Virus record (IMG/VR): IMGVR_UViG_3300027852_000022
Location: 1 to 41,253 of that record
Origin: a virus
Direction: 5' to 3' (one strand)
Length of the DNA: 41,253 nt
Positions 39,939 through 41,253 of the stretch are shown here, one piece after another. Each line of letters opens with the position of its first letter. Position 1 is the first letter of the stretch. Under the pieces are notes generated by a model, which worked only from the letters and a program-made list of their open reading frames with translations, did no database searches and was not told where the DNA came from. Position numbers and translations under genes: made by a program.

Positions 39939-40757
39939 ATGAGCGCCGAAGTAATCCCATTCGATTTTGAAGAACAAGCTGTCCGCGTGGTGATGCGAGA
40001 TGATGATCCATGGTTTGTCGCGGCAGATGTCTGCCGCGTGCTTGAGATCGTGAACACCTCGCAAGCTGTACAGAGGCTTGATGTGGACGAAGTTACCCTA
40101 TGTCAGACAGAGGGTAGCCATAGAGAAATGAACGTCGTATCGGAAAGCGGCCTGTATGCCTTGGTATTGAGGTCAGACAAGCCCGCCGCCAAGCGGTTCC
40201 GCAAATGGATCACGGCCGAGGTTCTGCCGGCAATCCGCAAACATGGCCGCTACGATCACCAGCTGCCACAACCCAGCACCACCGGCGACATCGCGGGTGT
40301 CCCGATCCGCGAGGCGGAGCTGTGGTTGCAGATGGTCCGCGAGGCGCGCCTGTCGCGCGGCACCCGCGCTGCAGTGTCGGTTTGGGATCGATCCCCTCTG
40401 CCCCGTCTGACGGCCGTCGGCGCGGCCGCGGTCGATCCCGCAGAAGGTCGCGACTGCTTGACACACATCATGGCTCAGGTCGCCCCCCAGATCGCGGCGG
40501 CCCGGGCACATGACGAAGAAGCAAATGTGGAGCTGACGGCGATGGGCCTGCGCGCCGTCCACGACGGGTTGTTTGTCGGCAACGTGCAACTGCCGGTATT
40601 CAATGGCACGCGGTGGGCGGACGGCTCACAGCGGCTTGCCCTGCTGGCCCTCCCAGGCGCGCATCCGTCGCGCAACCCGCTCACGCTGGCGGGGGCCAGA
40701 ATGCGCGGCGTCATCGTCCCCTGGTCCGTGCTGGATGGGGAGGTGTCCCATGCCTAA
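39939..40757 (+). CDS. BRO-N / KilA-N-type antirepressor-like protein (272 aa)
   Basis: N-terminus FDFEEQAVRVVMRDDDPWFVAADVCRVLEI...SESGLYALVLRSDKPAAKRFRKWITAEVLPAIRKHG is a classic Bro-N domain. The C-terminal 70 aa resemble the helicase C-terminus. Confidence 0.8.
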   Translation: MSAEVIPFDFEEQAVRVVMRDDDPWFVAADVCRVLEIVNTSQAVQRLDVDEVTLCQTEGSHREMNVVSESGLYALVLRSDKPAAKRFRKWITAEVLPAIRKHGRYDHQLPQPSTTGDIAGVPIREAELWLQMVREARLSRGTRAAVSVWDRSPLPRLTAVGAAAVDPAEGRDCLTHIMAQVAPQIAAARAHDEEANVELTAMGLRAVHDGLFVGNVQLPVFNGTRWADGSQRLALLALPGAHPSRNPLTLAGARMRGVIVPWSVLDGEVSHA

Positions 40758-40986
40758 GTTGTCTCAATCGAACTTTGATCGTTCGGAAAGCATCGCTGAC
40801 GCCCTGCATTCCATCCACGGCCTTGAGCTGGCGCTGATCCATGAACTCGATCCGCTGTTGGCAAAAGCCGGGCCGGATAAGGAATGCACCATCATGGCCC
40901 TGATCAACGCCTGCTCCATGCACCGCCAGCATGCGACCCGCATTGCTGACGAAATTGCACGATCAGGCAGAAAAGCCAGCGCCTGA
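40750..40986 (+). CDS. Hypothetical protein (78 aa)
   Basis: ATG 40750 after GGGGAGG. Overlaps the BRO-N gene by 8 nt. Uses an internal start of the 40573-40986 ORF. Confidence 0.6.
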   Translation: MPKLSQSNFDRSESIADALHSIHGLELALIHELDPLLAKAGPDKECTIMALINACSMHRQHATRIADEIARSGRKASA

Positions 40987-41126
40987 AACGACCGCTTTAC
41001 CCTGCCGAAATACCGGGCAAAGCCACCCTCCTACGTTCGGACGTTTTCTCTAAGCCATTGATATCAAACGAACCTGCGAAACCCCTAAAATTGCCTAACC
41101 ACTTGAAAACAAACAATAGCACGGCA

Positions 41127-41172
41127 ATTTGTAATCAGTAGGTCCGCGGTTCGAGTCCGTGTGGGGGCACCA
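41127..41172 (+). pseudogene. Partial tRNA-Thr(UGU) copy (3' part only) in attR
   Basis: Identical to 1-46. The upstream bases ...AGCACGGCA cannot form the anticodon stem or any D-arm/acceptor 5' strand. Confidence 0.75.
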
Positions 41173-41253
41173 CTTAATCCTTAAAATTCAGACCCTTGGC
41201 GCTTCGTCCGAATTTGGCCGTCCGACCGTCCGAAGCCGTCCGAGTCGGACAGC
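41127..41253. repeat. attR: right copy of the perfect 127-bp direct repeat
   Basis: Base-for-base identical to 1-127. Confidence 0.85.

Larger units (their letters stand above)
1..41253. mobile_element. Complete integrated temperate prophage (attL to attR); podovirus-type virion module with lambdoid-style control regions
   Basis: Identical 127-bp direct repeats at both window ends, each containing a tRNA-Thr 3' fragment. Integrase and excisionase sit near the left repeat. A CI/Cro-like switch and replication, terminase, portal, capsid, tail and lysis genes all lie between the repeats. Confidence 0.85.

Noticed and set aside
1-41253. Classifying the element as a T7-like (autographivirus) phage because of the gp8/gp11/gp12-like virion genes.
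   Set aside because: There is no phage RNA polymerase or DNA polymerase. The terminase genes precede the portal instead of closing the genome, and the element has a CI/Cro switch, an integrase and a P4-alpha-type replication module. It is a mosaic temperate podovirus-type prophage, not a T7-type lytic genome.

Overview
This window is one complete integrated prophage, read from attL to attR. Bases 1-127 and 41127-41253 are an identical 127-bp direct repeat. The first 46 nt of each copy are the 3' part (anticodon loop to CCA) of a tRNA-Thr(UGU) gene. Between the repeats I can support about 65 protein genes.

Layout:
(i) Leftward lysogeny/early arm (134-3681) with a tyrosine integrase and an AlpA-type excisionase.
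(ii) AT-rich immunity region (3691-5160): a CI-like repressor, a co-transcribed membrane protein, a divergent Cro-like gene, and three copies of a 15-bp GTGA-N7-TCAC operator-like motif.
(iii) Rightward early/replication genes (5173-10453), including a Toprim primase-like protein and a P-loop helicase.
(iv) An iteron/nested-palindrome/AT-rich block that looks like an origin (10569-10849).
(v) Packaging and head genes (terminase, T7-type portal, scaffold).
(vi) A 3.8-kb accessory island (17.7-21.6 kb), half of it on the opposite strand, that separates the scaffold gene from the major capsid gene. It encodes a DHH/DHHA1 phosphoesterase and about 10 tiny proteins.
(vii) Capsid, tail-tubular A/B-like, four internal/ejection proteins and two fibre/spike genes.
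(viii) A lysis cassette (holin candidate, 3-TMD GH24 endolysin, overlapped spanins).
(ix) A lipoprotein moron and a BRO-N antirepressor-like gene next to attR.

No rRNA, CRISPR array, transposase, reverse transcriptase, or phage DNA/RNA polymerase is visible.

Strongest leads:
- the inverted accessory island and its DHH/DHHA1 enzyme, a possible eraser of nucleotide immune signals
- a C-terminal domain of about 70 aa shared by the replicative helicase and the BRO-N protein
- a CI-like repressor that has lost both autocleavage residues, paired with that antirepressor-like gene
- a conserved nucleotide gene-boundary motif at 8-9 cassette junctions
- an origin-like nested palindrome centred on a 32-nt perfectly alternating pyrimidine-purine tract
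- RTX-type calcium-binding repeats at the N-terminus of the scaffold protein
- an endolysin carrying two extra N-terminal transmembrane helices

All family calls come from motifs read by eye. No database search, HMM or structure prediction was run, so functional labels are hypotheses unless the motif is quoted.
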